A stretch of 64,000 bases of DNA from the NCBI GenBank assembly GCA_035626995.1, contig DASPMP010000019.1:9080-73079 (forward strand), in the 5' to 3' direction. The translations under genes and the position numbers were made by a program. Below are positions 54,537 to 63,575 of this stretch, in pieces (the first letter of the stretch is position 1; each line of letters opens with the position of its first letter). This stretch comes from Gemmatimonadaceae bacterium. GTDB lineage: Bacteria; Gemmatimonadota; Gemmatimonadetes; Gemmatimonadales; Gemmatimonadaceae. The notes under the pieces are model-generated. The model was given only the letters and a program-made list of their open reading frames with translations, searched no databases and had not been told where the DNA came from.

Positions 54537-55466
54537 CTACTTCAAATTCAGCGACTCCTCGATGACATAGATCGGCCGTCGCTTCGCCTCGCTGAACGTC
54601 CGCCCGATGTATTCCCCGAGGATGCCGATGCCGAGGCTGTTCACGCCGAGCCCGGCGAGCACCAGCACGATCAGCGTCGTGAGACCTGGCGGTGGTGAGC
54701 CGCGCAACCAAAGCGTCACGTACACGATCGCGAGCAGGAACGACACGCCGAGCACCATGAACCCGAAAAGGGTGAACAGGCGCAGTGGCCGTAGGGAAAA
54801 GCTCGTGATCGCGTTGAACGTGAACAGCAGGATGTCCGCGAGCGGCGCGTTGCTGCGTCCGGTCGTACGGGGACGCCGCTCGTACTCCACGCCGATCTGC
54901 TTGAACCCGACCCAGGCGATCATCCCGCGCATGTAGCGGTTCACTTCACCCATTCGCAGCACGGCGTCGCGGACCCGTGAGCTGATGAGCCGGAAATCGC
55001 CGGTGTCCTTCGGGATCGGGACGTCAGAGAGCCACGCGATCATCCGATACGCGAGCCACGCGCCCGCGTTGCGCCACTTCGGGTCTCCGGCGCGCACGGT
55101 GCGCACGCCGTAGACCACGTCATACCCCTGCTTCCATTTCTCGATGAACCGCGGAATGACTTCAGGGGGATCCTGCAGATCCGAATACAGCACAACCATC
55201 GCGTCACCATTCGCGTGCTCATAGCCGGCGGTGATCGAGCCTTCGACCGAGAAATTCCGGCTGAACCGGATGTATCTCCATCGCTTGTCTCGCTGACAGA
55301 GCTCGGCGGCGAGCCGGCCGGTGTCGTCGGTGCTCGCATTGTCGACGATGATGAACTCGAAGTCGTCCGGCTGGGACGCCGCCAGCGCCGTCACCTCGGC
55401 CTCGACGCGCGCCATGTTCCCCGCCTCGTTCCGGGCAGGGATGATGATCGTAATGAGCTTTTTCAC
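54537..55466 (-). CDS. GT2 polyprenyl-phosphate glycosyltransferase (GtrB/ArnC/Dpm1-like) with two C-terminal TM helices
   Basis: IIIPARNEAGN.., FIIVDNASTDDT, VLYSDLQDPPEVIPRF.., C-terminal FMVLGVSFLLAIVYV and LIVLVLAGLGVNSLGIGILGEYIGR. Confidence 0.85.
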   Translation of the reverse strand: MKKLITIIIPARNEAGNMARVEAEVTALAASQPDDFEFIIVDNASTDDTGRLAAELCQRDKRWRYIRFSRNFSVEGSITAGYEHANGDAMVVLYSDLQDPPEVIPRFIEKWKQGYDVVYGVRTVRAGDPKWRNAGAWLAYRMIAWLSDVPIPKDTGDFRLISSRVRDAVLRMGEVNRYMRGMIAWVGFKQIGVEYERRPRTTGRSNAPLADILLFTFNAITSFSLRPLRLFTLFGFMVLGVSFLLAIVYVTLWLRGSPPPGLTTLIVLVLAGLGVNSLGIGILGEYIGRTFSEAKRRPIYVIEESLNLK

Positions 55467-55634
55467 GTCTCGGTCAGCGGTGGGCGCATTGCCTCAGATA
55501 ACGATTAGCCGATGCAGAACGAAACGCTTGCGTCCCTGTTGTCATGCGGGCGGGGGAGCCCGCCTGCCCTCTGGGACGCCCGGCCCTCTGAATCGTCCTA
55601 TGGGGGCTGGATTCACTGTAGGCCCAAGCACTTA

Positions 55635-55720
55635 GCGCCGAGGCCGAGGCGGAGCGCCGAGGCCGAAACCGTTAGCTGTCAGCCGAGAGCCGAGAGCTGA
55701 AGGCCGAGAGCCGAGAACCG
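55635..55720. repeat. GCCGAGR heptad array directly upstream of the rfbF start codon
   Basis: gcgccgag gccgagg cggagc gccgagg ccgaaac cgttagctgtca gccgaga gccgaga gctgaag gccgaga gccgaga accgataaaATG. Confidence 0.9.
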
Positions 55721-55725
55721 ATAAA

Positions 55726-56502
55726 ATGAAAGTCGTCATTCTGTGCGGTGGCCAGGGCACACGACTGCGCGAGGAAACCGAGTTCCGGCCGAAGCCACTC
55801 GTCGACGTCGGCGGACGCCCTGTGCTCTGGCACATCATGAAGTTCTACGCACACTTCGGGTTCAAGGAATTCATCCTCTGCCTCGGCTACCGGGGCGCGA
55901 TGATCAAGGAGTACTTCCTGAACTACGAGGCGATGAACAGTGATTTCACCATCAGCCTCGGCGAGCACCACGCGATCAAGTACCACGAGCCGCATGGCGA
56001 GCAGGATTATCGCGTCACCCTCGTGGACACCGGGCAGGATACCGCAACCGGAGGCCGCGTCGCCCGCACGCGCGGCTACGTCAAGGACGATCTCGTGATG
56101 GTGACATACGGCGACGGTCTCGTGGACGTCGACATCGCCAAGGCCATGGCCTTCCACAAGGAGCATGGCAAGCTCGCGACCGTGACCACCGTGCGTCCCA
56201 CGTCGCGCTTCGGGATTCTCGAGCTCGACGATCGCGCTGGCGTCGAGCGCTTCTCGGAGAAACCCCAGGTGGATGGCTGGGCCAGCGCCGGATATTTCAT
56301 CTTCGACCGCAAGATCTACGACTATCTTGGCGGCGACGACTGCGTTCTCGAGCGCGAGCCACTGGAGCAGCTGGCGAAGGAGAAGCAGCTGATGGCCTAT
56401 CGCCACGACGGATTTTTCTTTGCGATGGACACCTATCGTGAATACCTGCAGCTCAACGAGCTGTGGAACACCGGCACCGCCCCTTGGAAGGTCTGGAAGT
56501 GA
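55726..56502 (+). CDS. rfbF: Glucose-1-phosphate cytidylyltransferase (CDP-glucose synthase)
   Basis: [65 protein letters not shown] is nearly diagnostic of RfbF/DdhA. Confidence 0.92.
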   Translation: MKVVILCGGQGTRLREETEFRPKPLVDVGGRPVLWHIMKFYAHFGFKEFILCLGYRGAMIKEYFLNYEAMNSDFTISLGEHHAIKYHEPHGEQDYRVTLVDTGQDTATGGRVARTRGYVKDDLVMVTYGDGLVDVDIAKAMAFHKEHGKLATVTTVRPTSRFGILELDDRAGVERFSEKPQVDGWASAGYFIFDRKIYDYLGGDDCVLEREPLEQLAKEKQLMAYRHDGFFFAMDTYREYLQLNELWNTGTAPWKVWK

Positions 56503-57518
56503 AGCCGAGAGCCGAGGGCCGAGAGCCGAGGCCGAGGCTCAAAGCCGAGGCCAATTTCTGGACCGACCGCCCAACCCTCGTCACAGGCGGCACGGGCCTC
56601 GTCGGCAGCTGGCTTGTCAAGCGACTGGTGGAGCACGGCGCATCGGTCGTGTGTCTCGTGCGCGACTGGGTGCCGCAGAGTGAGCTCGTGCGCACGGGAA
56701 CGCTCGAGAAGGTCAACGTTGTTCGTGGCGACGTGCGCAGCCAGCGGGTACTGGAGCGCGCGATCGGCGAGTACGAAGTGGACACGGTCATACATCTCGC
56801 CGCGCAGACCATCGTGGGGATCGCGAACAGAAATCCGGTGTCGACCTTCGAGTCGAACATCCAGGGAACCTGGGCACTCCTCGAGGCGTGCCGGCGGAGT
56901 CCGCTGGTGAAGCAGGTGGTGATCGCATCGTCGGACAAAGCGTACGGCGACCAGGAGAACCTTCCGTACCGTGAAGACGCGCCGCTGCAGGGACGCAATC
57001 CCTACGACGTCAGCAAGAGCTGCTCTGATCTCATCGCGCAGTCGTATGCGTCGGTCTACGGGCTGCCCGTTGCAATCACGCGCTGTGGCAATTTCTACGG
57101 TGGCGGCGACCTGAACTGGAATCGCATTGTACCGGGGACCATCCGCTCGGTGCTGCGCAACCAGCGCCCGGTCATCCGCTCTGACGGCACCTACATCCGC
57201 GATTATTTCTACGTCGAGGACGGTGCGGCGGCCTACATGCTGCTCGCGGAGAAGATGTCGTCGAACCCCACGGTTCGCGGACAGGCGTACAATTTCTCGA
57301 ATGAGATCCAGATACCGGTGCGGGATCTTGCGAACCGGATCCTTCAGCGGATGGACTCGAAGCTCGAGCTCGACATCCGCAACGACGCCGTGAACGAGAT
57401 CAGGCACCAGTACCTGTCGGCGGACAAGGCGAAGCAGGAGCTCGCGTGGACGCCCCTGTTCAATCTCGACCAGGGACTCGACCGCACCATCGCGTGGTAC
57501 CGTGATTTCTTTGGCTGA
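56499..57518 (+). CDS. rfbG: CDP-glucose 4,6-dehydratase
   Basis: [25 protein letters not shown] matches the RfbG N-terminus. The SDR catalytic residues are SSDKAYG..YDVSKSC. The only in-frame start before the Rossmann motif is the GTG at 56499 (or 56463), so the heptad repeat is translated ([17 protein letters not shown]). Confidence 0.88.
   Translation: MKPRAEGREPRPRLKAEANFWTDRPTLVTGGTGLVGSWLVKRLVEHGASVVCLVRDWVPQSELVRTGTLEKVNVVRGDVRSQRVLERAIGEYEVDTVIHLAAQTIVGIANRNPVSTFESNIQGTWALLEACRRSPLVKQVVIASSDKAYGDQENLPYREDAPLQGRNPYDVSKSCSDLIAQSYASVYGLPVAITRCGNFYGGGDLNWNRIVPGTIRSVLRNQRPVIRSDGTYIRDYFYVEDGAAAYMLLAEKMSSNPTVRGQAYNFSNEIQIPVRDLANRILQRMDSKLELDIRNDAVNEIRHQYLSADKAKQELAWTPLFNLDQGLDRTIAWYRDFFG
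56504..56552. repeat. GCCGAGR heptad array at the rfbF/rfbG junction (inside the rfbG 5' coding region)
   Basis: gccgaga gccgagg gccgaga gccgagg ccgaggctcaaa gccgagg cc. Confidence 0.9.
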
Positions 57519-57572
57519 ACAGGCACAGACGTTCATGCGAAAAGGGAACTCATTCAATCAGTCCCTTCGTCG

Positions 57573-58928
57573 GTGGAGCTTGCGTGGGGTGGAAAGGTGA
57601 CCACGCGATCCCCCCAGGAACTGCGCAAAGCGGTCCTGAAGCTCGTCGCCGAGTATCATGGGGCGGCTTTCCAGAAGGGCGAGTTCGTGCCCGGCGAGAC
57701 GCCGATCCCGGTGAGCGGGAAGGTGCTCGATGCCCGCGACTTCCAGATGATGACGGAGGCGGTGCTTGACGGCTGGCTCACCACCGGACGCTTCGCTGCC
57801 GATTTCGAGCGCAAGTTCGCGCGGTTCTTCGGCATTCGTCACGCGATGCTCGTGAATTCCGGGTCGTCGGCGAATCTCTGCGCATTCTCCACGCTGACGT
57901 CGCCGTTGCTCGAGGGCGACGAGCTGCAGGCGGGTGACGAAGTCATCACGGTCGCCGCGGGATTCCCAACGACCGTGAACCCGATCATCCAGAACCGGAT
58001 GGTCCCTGTCTTCATCGACGTCGAGCTTGCGACCTACGGCCCGGACGTCACCCAGCTCGAGCGCGCCCTCTCGAAGAAGACCCGGGCGATCATGGTCGCG
58101 CACACCCTCGGCAATCCGTTCGACCTCCGTGCGATCACCGAGTTCGCGAAAGCGCACGACTTGTGGCTCATCGAGGATTGCTGCGACGCGGTCGGCGCGA
58201 AGTACGACGGCAAATCCGTCGGCACCTTCGGGGATCTCGCGACCGTCAGCTTCTATCCCGCGCACCATATCACGATGGGTGAAGGGGGCGCGGTGCTCAC
58301 GAACACGCCGTCCATGAAGCGCATCGTCGAGTCCATCCGCGACTGGGGACGCGATTGCTGGTGCGATCCGGGGAAGGACAACACCTGCGGGAAGCGCTTT
58401 GACTGGCAGCTCGGCGATCTCCCGCACGGGTACGATCACAAGTACATCTACTCGCACATCGGCTACAACCTGAAGCTCACCGATATGCAGGCTGCCATTG
58501 GCGTCTCGCAGCTGGAGAAGCTTCCGGATTTCATCGATGCGCGCCGCCGGAATTTCGAATACCTGCACAACGCGCTGGGCGACCTGGACGACGTGCTCAT
58601 TCTGCCGCGCGCGACGCCAAACAGTGAGCCAAGCTGGTTCGGCTTTCCGTTGGCCATTCGTCCGGGCGCGGGCGTGACACGGAAGGCGATCATTCGCCAC
58701 CTCGAGAGCCGCATGATCGCGACTCGCCTGCTCTTCGGCGGCAATCTCGTGCGGCAGCCGGCGTACAGGAACGTCGAGCATCGCGTGGTTGGCACGCTCA
58801 AGAATTCGGACTTTGTCATGAACAACGTCTTCTGGATCGGCGTCTACCCTGGCCTCACCGAAGAGATGCTCGCGTTCGTGAGCCAGAGCATTCACGAGGC
58901 CGTCGCACTTGCTCACTCCGCCGCGTGA
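57573..58928 (+). CDS. rfbH: CDP-4-keto-6-deoxy-D-glucose-3-dehydrase (E1; PMP- and [2Fe-2S]-dependent)
   Basis: DegT-fold sequence with His replacing the PLP lysine ([14 protein letters not shown]). Cysteine pattern C-x57-C-x-C-x7-C (..EDCCDAV.. then [17 protein letters not shown]), counted by hand. The start is the GTG at 57573 or the GTG at 57597. Confidence 0.9.
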   Translation: MELAWGGKVTTRSPQELRKAVLKLVAEYHGAAFQKGEFVPGETPIPVSGKVLDARDFQMMTEAVLDGWLTTGRFAADFERKFARFFGIRHAMLVNSGSSANLCAFSTLTSPLLEGDELQAGDEVITVAAGFPTTVNPIIQNRMVPVFIDVELATYGPDVTQLERALSKKTRAIMVAHTLGNPFDLRAITEFAKAHDLWLIEDCCDAVGAKYDGKSVGTFGDLATVSFYPAHHITMGEGGAVLTNTPSMKRIVESIRDWGRDCWCDPGKDNTCGKRFDWQLGDLPHGYDHKYIYSHIGYNLKLTDMQAAIGVSQLEKLPDFIDARRRNFEYLHNALGDLDDVLILPRATPNSEPSWFGFPLAIRPGAGVTRKAIIRHLESRMIATRLLFGGNLVRQPAYRNVEHRVVGTLKNSDFVMNNVFWIGVYPGLTEEMLAFVSQSIHEAVALAHSAA

Positions 58929-60028
58929 CGCACGTCTCCGAGCTCGGCGCGAATCCCCTCGATGTCGTTCGCGATGACTGCCAGTCCATCGCCGAGCGGC
59001 TGGGCGACGACGTGCAGCGGTTTGCCGGGAAGACGGTTTTGATCACCGGCGCCGCCGGGATGCTTCCGGCGTATCTCGTGGATGTGCTGGCGCATCTCAA
59101 CGACACGAAGCGCCTGGCGAAGCCTGTCGAGATCCTTGCCGTCGTCCGCTCACCGGATTCGAACGAATTCCGTCTCCGTCATCTGCGCGGCCGCAAGGAC
59201 GTGCAGTTCATTCTCGCGGACGCCGCGATGCCGTTTGAAGTGGAGGAACGGGTGCACTTCTACGTTCATGCCGCGTCGCCTGCGTCGCCTACCGCGTACC
59301 GTGCAGACCCGGTCGGGACGCTTGAGGTCAATGGGCCAGGCACTCGCCACGTGCTGGAGTTGGCGAAGCGTGACGCCGCCGAAAGCGTTTTGTATTTCAG
59401 CACGAGTGAGGTGTATGGCAGCCCCGATGCAGCCAACATCCCGACGCCTGAGACGTACGTTGGCGCCACGCAATGGCTCGGCGGCCGCGCCTGCTACGTG
59501 GAGGGAAAGCGCTTCGGCGAGGCCCTCTGCGCCGCGTCGTGGGAGCAGCATCGCACGCCCGTGAAGATCGTGCGGCCGTTCCACATCCAGGGACCGGGGC
59601 TGCGACTCAATGACGGCCGCATTGTCGCAGAGCTCATCCGGATGGGCATCGAGGGGCTCCCCTTCGAGCTCAAGTCAAACGGTATGGCGACACGGACCTA
59701 TGGCTACATCTCCGACGCCGCATTCGCATTCCTGAAGGTGCTGCTCAGCAATGAAGATGGAGAAGCATTCAACGTGGGCGCAGACAATCCCGAGACGTCG
59801 ATGAAGGAGCTGGCGTCCATCGTGTCCCGGATTTTCGGCCGCACAGAGCCGGTTCGCGTCGGTGCGGACACCCGCGCCGCGCATCTCGCTGGCGCGCCCG
59901 ATCGCGTGCGACCCGACCTGGCGAAGATCCGCGATCGGCTGGGCGTGGTCCCGATGGTGAGTCTCGAGGATGGCTTGCAGCGCACCATCCACTGGCATCG
60001 GTCCCGCCTCGCGGTGGCTGCCTCATGA
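58925..60028 (+). CDS. Extended SDR, NAD-dependent epimerase/dehydratase/ketoreductase family
   Basis: [18 protein letters not shown] (Rossmann), [15 protein letters not shown] (YxxxK). The GTG start overlaps the rfbH stop (GTGA). Confidence 0.8.
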   Translation: MTHVSELGANPLDVVRDDCQSIAERLGDDVQRFAGKTVLITGAAGMLPAYLVDVLAHLNDTKRLAKPVEILAVVRSPDSNEFRLRHLRGRKDVQFILADAAMPFEVEERVHFYVHAASPASPTAYRADPVGTLEVNGPGTRHVLELAKRDAAESVLYFSTSEVYGSPDAANIPTPETYVGATQWLGGRACYVEGKRFGEALCAASWEQHRTPVKIVRPFHIQGPGLRLNDGRIVAELIRMGIEGLPFELKSNGMATRTYGYISDAAFAFLKVLLSNEDGEAFNVGADNPETSMKELASIVSRIFGRTEPVRVGADTRAAHLAGAPDRVRPDLAKIRDRLGVVPMVSLEDGLQRTIHWHRSRLAVAAS

Positions 60029-60933
60029 ATGTCGCCAAGCTGCGGGGCGCCTACGAGCGGGGCGAGCTGCCTCGCGACGAGTTCTGGCTCAGGGCGCAGG
60101 AAGAGTACCGCCGCACGCGCGAGCATTCGTCGCTCCCGTCGAACGGCGCGGTCAAGGGCATTCGCCGCGTGGATGATGACCTGATCGTCGAGCTGCGTGA
60201 CGGCATCCGCATGCGCTGGGACATCGAGGACATGCGCACCGCGCCGAACATGCTGCTCAATCACGGCGAGTACGAGAGCCGCGAGCTGCAGGTGCTGCTG
60301 GACGCCGCGCGTCAGGCGCAGATCGTGTTCGACGTCGGCGCAAACGTCGGCTGGTATACGATCAACATCGCCCGAGCCATCGCGCGGCGTGGCGGACACC
60401 TGTACGCCTTCGAGCCCATCCCGCGGACCTTCGCGACCCTGCAGTACAATGTGCGCCTCAACGCGCTCCAGAGCTGCACCACCCTGTCGAACGTTGGGCT
60501 CGGCGACGCGGAGCAGCAGGTGGAGTTCTACCTGCCGAAGGTAACAGGGAGCGTCGCGGCCTCGCAGAAGCCCTTGTTCGAGCAGCAGGAGAACGAGAAG
60601 GTGACGGCGAAGATCGTGCGCCTCGACGAATTCATCGCGCAGAAAGGGATCAAGCGACTGGACCTGCTCAAGTGCGACATCGAGGGTGCGGAGCTGCTCA
60701 TGCTGCGCGGCGGCATGGACAGCATCGCGCGCTTTCGTCCCGTGATCTTCCTCGAGCTGCTGCGAAAGTGGAGCAAGGTGTACGGCTACCATCCCAATGA
60801 TGTGATCGCGCTGCTCGCCAAGGTGGGCTACCAGTGCTTCGCGATCGGTGATGATGAGCTCGTGCCCATCGCGAGTATCGACGACGAGACCACGAGCACG
60901 AACTTCCTGTTCACGCACGGAGACCCGCGATGA
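60025..60933 (+). CDS. FkbM family methyltransferase
   Basis: VFDVGANVGWYTINIA..HLYAFEPIPRTFATLQYNVRLN..VGLGD..LDLLKCDIEGAEL. The ATG overlaps the SDR stop (ATGA). Confidence 0.85.
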   Translation: MNVAKLRGAYERGELPRDEFWLRAQEEYRRTREHSSLPSNGAVKGIRRVDDDLIVELRDGIRMRWDIEDMRTAPNMLLNHGEYESRELQVLLDAARQAQIVFDVGANVGWYTINIARAIARRGGHLYAFEPIPRTFATLQYNVRLNALQSCTTLSNVGLGDAEQQVEFYLPKVTGSVAASQKPLFEQQENEKVTAKIVRLDEFIAQKGIKRLDLLKCDIEGAELLMLRGGMDSIARFRPVIFLELLRKWSKVYGYHPNDVIALLAKVGYQCFAIGDDELVPIASIDDETTSTNFLFTHGDPR

Positions 60934-60955
60934 ACTCTGGGTGTGGAGGACAGCC

Positions 60956-61759
60956 GTGACTGACACAGTTCACCTGGCGCGGGCAATCCGCGGACACGCC
61001 CTGCGCATGTGCTCGCACGCCGGCTCGTCGCACATCGGCACCTGCCTCAGCATGGCCGATCTCCTCGCGGTGCTGTACGCCAAGGTGTTGAAGCACGATG
61101 CGAACAATCCCACCTGGGCCGAGCGCGACTGGTTCCTGTTGAGCAAGGGGCATGGCGCAGCCGCACTGTATGCGGTGCTCGCGGAGCGCGGGTTCTTTCC
61201 GGTGACAGAACTGCATCGCTATGGAGACGAAGGTTCACCGCTGCTCGGGCATGCCAGTCATCACGTCCCGGGAGTCGAGCTCTCCACCGGCTCACTCGGC
61301 CACGCGCTGCCCGTCGGCTGCGGAATCGCGCTTGCCGCGAAGCGCGACGGCAGGAAGAATCGCGTCTTCGTGCAGCTCAGCGATGGCGAGCTGGATGAAG
61401 GCTCCAATTGGGAAGCCATCCTCTTCGCCCCGCATCACAAGCTCGACAACCTGTTCGTGCTCGTGGACTACAACAAGATCCAGAGCTTCGGCCGGGTCGA
61501 GGAAGTGCTGGGGCTCGAGCCTCTCGTGGACAAGTGGAGCGCGTTCGGGTGGGAAGTCCGCGAGATCGAAGGGCACGATCACACAGCGATCGCGCGCGCG
61601 CTGCGGAAGCCGTCGCGAGCCGGCATACCTGTCGTCGTCCTCGCGCATACGGTCAAAGGCAAAGGCGTCTCCTTCATGGAGAACGATCTCGCCTGGCATT
61701 ATCGGTCTCCGAGTACAGATCAGTTGCGCTCAGCGCTCGTTGAGCTGGGTGACGCATGA
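60956..61759 (+). CDS. Split transketolase, N-terminal (ThDP-binding) subunit
   Basis: GGAGG lies 6 nt upstream of the GTG at 60956. GSSHIGTCLSMADLLAVLY, SKGHGAAALYAVL, ThDP motif LSDGELDEGSNWEAI...VDYNKIQ. Confidence 0.85.
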   Translation: MTDTVHLARAIRGHALRMCSHAGSSHIGTCLSMADLLAVLYAKVLKHDANNPTWAERDWFLLSKGHGAAALYAVLAERGFFPVTELHRYGDEGSPLLGHASHHVPGVELSTGSLGHALPVGCGIALAAKRDGRKNRVFVQLSDGELDEGSNWEAILFAPHHKLDNLFVLVDYNKIQSFGRVEEVLGLEPLVDKWSAFGWEVREIEGHDHTAIARALRKPSRAGIPVVVLAHTVKGKGVSFMENDLAWHYRSPSTDQLRSALVELGDA

Positions 61760-61796
61760 CGGCTAGCCAGCCGCGTCGTGCAGCGCTGGTGCCGTC

Positions 61797-62714
61797 ATGA
61801 GAACCACATTCATACGGACGCTGATCGAGGTCGCCGCGGAGAACGACAATGTCTGGCTCGTGGCGGGCGATCTTGGCTATTCAGTCCTCGAGGCGTTTTC
61901 CGAGAAATACCCACAGCGCTATCTCAATGCCGGTGTCGCCGAACAGAACATGACGGGGATCGCAGCCGGTCTGGCGCTCGCCGGGAAGACGACGTTCACG
62001 TATTCGATCGCGAACTTTCCGGTATTTCGCTGCCTCGAGCAGGTGCGCAACGACGTCTGCTACCACAACCTGAACGTGAAGGTCGTCGCTGTTGGCGGGG
62101 GGCTGGCATACGGGTCTGCCGGCTACAGCCATCACGCCGTGGAGGACCTGGCGGTGATGCGTTCGCTGCCGAACATGGTCGTGTTCGCGCCAGCGGATCC
62201 TGTGGAGACGCAACTCGTGACCCGCGCCGCGGTGCAGCACCAGGGACCCTGCTACATCCGTCTTGGAAAGGCCGGCGAGCCGGTACTGCACACCGCGACC
62301 CCGGCATTCGCCATCGGCAAGGGGATCGTCGTGCGACCGGAGGGCGACGTCGCAATGATCTCGACCGGCGGGATGCTCGGCACTGTCCTGCGGGCGGCGG
62401 ACGAGCTGGGACAGCACGGGGTGAAAGCGCGCGTGATCAGCATGCCGACAGTCCAGCCCATCGATCGGGACCTCATCGAGCGCCTTGCGAGGGAGACCCG
62501 GGCGATCGTGACCGTCGAGGAGCATGGCATCGGCGGGCTGGGGAGCGCAGTCGCCGAAGTGCTGGCCGAATGCGTGGAACGCCCCCGCTTTCGTGCTATA
62601 CGCCTCGATGGCGCGCCATCAGCGCTTGCGGGTACTCAGGACGCACTGCGCGGCGCCCACGGCCTGAGCGCGCCGGGGATTGCGGCTGCTGTGCAGGCGC
62701 TCGTTGCCGGGTAA
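61797..62714 (+). CDS. Split transketolase, C-terminal (pyrimidine-binding plus C-domain) subunit
   Basis: RYLNAGVAEQNMTGIAAGLALAGK, GGLAYGSAGYSHHAVEDLAVMRSLPNM, VTVEEHGIGGLGSAV. Confidence 0.85.
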   Translation: MRTTFIRTLIEVAAENDNVWLVAGDLGYSVLEAFSEKYPQRYLNAGVAEQNMTGIAAGLALAGKTTFTYSIANFPVFRCLEQVRNDVCYHNLNVKVVAVGGGLAYGSAGYSHHAVEDLAVMRSLPNMVVFAPADPVETQLVTRAAVQHQGPCYIRLGKAGEPVLHTATPAFAIGKGIVVRPEGDVAMISTGGMLGTVLRAADELGQHGVKARVISMPTVQPIDRDLIERLARETRAIVTVEEHGIGGLGSAVAEVLAECVERPRFRAIRLDGAPSALAGTQDALRGAHGLSAPGIAAAVQALVAG

Positions 62715-62717
62715 GGC

Positions 62718-63575
62718 CTAGGCCCTCTCCGCCTTCGAGTTCACCACGGGTTCGGGAGAGCTCGACGGCCGCACGTAATCCCCGCGCGAGAAATACTTCT
62801 CGATCAAACAGTACAGGATGATGAAGAGGTACCGGCTCCCCATCTCCTTGATCACGAACTTCGATTCGCCTGTCGCGCGCCCCAGCCAGTTCGTCGGCAC
62901 TACCGTCCAGGTGTAACCCCGCACCATGGCCTTGAGCGGCAGCTCCACGGTGAGGTTGAAGTGGTTGGACAGGAAGGGACGCAGCCCTTCGACCACCTCT
63001 CGACGATAGCACTTGAAGGCATTCGTCGTGTCGTTGTAGCCCGTGCGGAACAGCAGCCGGATCGCCTGGTTCCCCATCCGGTTCAGCCACAGCTTGAGGG
63101 GTGGATAATTCCGCACTGACGCCCCCGCGGCGAAGCGCGAGCCGAAGACGCAGTCGTAGCCTTCCTCGAGCTTGCGATAGTACTGCACGATGTCGCGCGG
63201 ATCGTCGGAGGCATCCGCCATCACGATCGCGACCGCGTCCCCCTGCATCGAGTCCAGGCCGCGACGCACGGCCAGGCCGAAGCCGCCGGCGCCGCGATTC
63301 ACGACAGTTCGCAGCACCGGAACGTCCGATCGCATGGCGTTCAGCACGGCCGCGGTGTTGTCGGTGCAGTGATCCAGCACGACGAGAATCTCGTGCGGCA
63401 CCGACTCACCACGCAACGTGCCGTAGATCGCGTGGATGGTGCGCGCGATCCCCGCCTCTTCGTTGTGCGCCGGGATCAGCACCGTGAGCTTCCCCGCCCA
63501 GCGCACCGCGGTCGCGGCGTCTGGACCGGCTGCCACCGGCACCTGGGGTGGCGACGTCGTCAGGCTGTCAGCCAC
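62718..63575 (-). CDS. GT2 glycosyltransferase, Dpm1-like (polyprenyl-phosphate sugar synthase type)
   Basis: [11 protein letters not shown].., [28 protein letters not shown].., [10 protein letters not shown], with a C-terminal hydrophobic segment [10 protein letters not shown]. Confidence 0.82.
   Translation of the reverse strand: MADSLTTSPPQVPVAAGPDAATAVRWAGKLTVLIPAHNEEAGIARTIHAIYGTLRGESVPHEILVVLDHCTDNTAAVLNAMRSDVPVLRTVVNRGAGGFGLAVRRGLDSMQGDAVAIVMADASDDPRDIVQYYRKLEEGYDCVFGSRFAAGASVRNYPPLKLWLNRMGNQAIRLLFRTGYNDTTNAFKCYRREVVEGLRPFLSNHFNLTVELPLKAMVRGYTWTVVPTNWLGRATGESKFVIKEMGSRYLFIILYCLIEKYFSRGDYVRPSSSPEPVVNSKAERA

Noticed and set aside
56433-60966. Three long minus-strand ORFs (56433..57557, 57558..58916, 59704..60966)
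   Set aside because: They are antisense to rfbG, rfbH and the SDR/FkbM genes, all of which carry diagnostic motifs. The antisense translations are low-complexity (R/A/E/D-rich).
61778-62821. 347-aa + strand ORF, extremely Arg/Gly-rich
   Set aside because: It is an out-of-frame overlap of the transketolase C-terminal subunit (61797-62714), which has clear Pyr-domain motifs.
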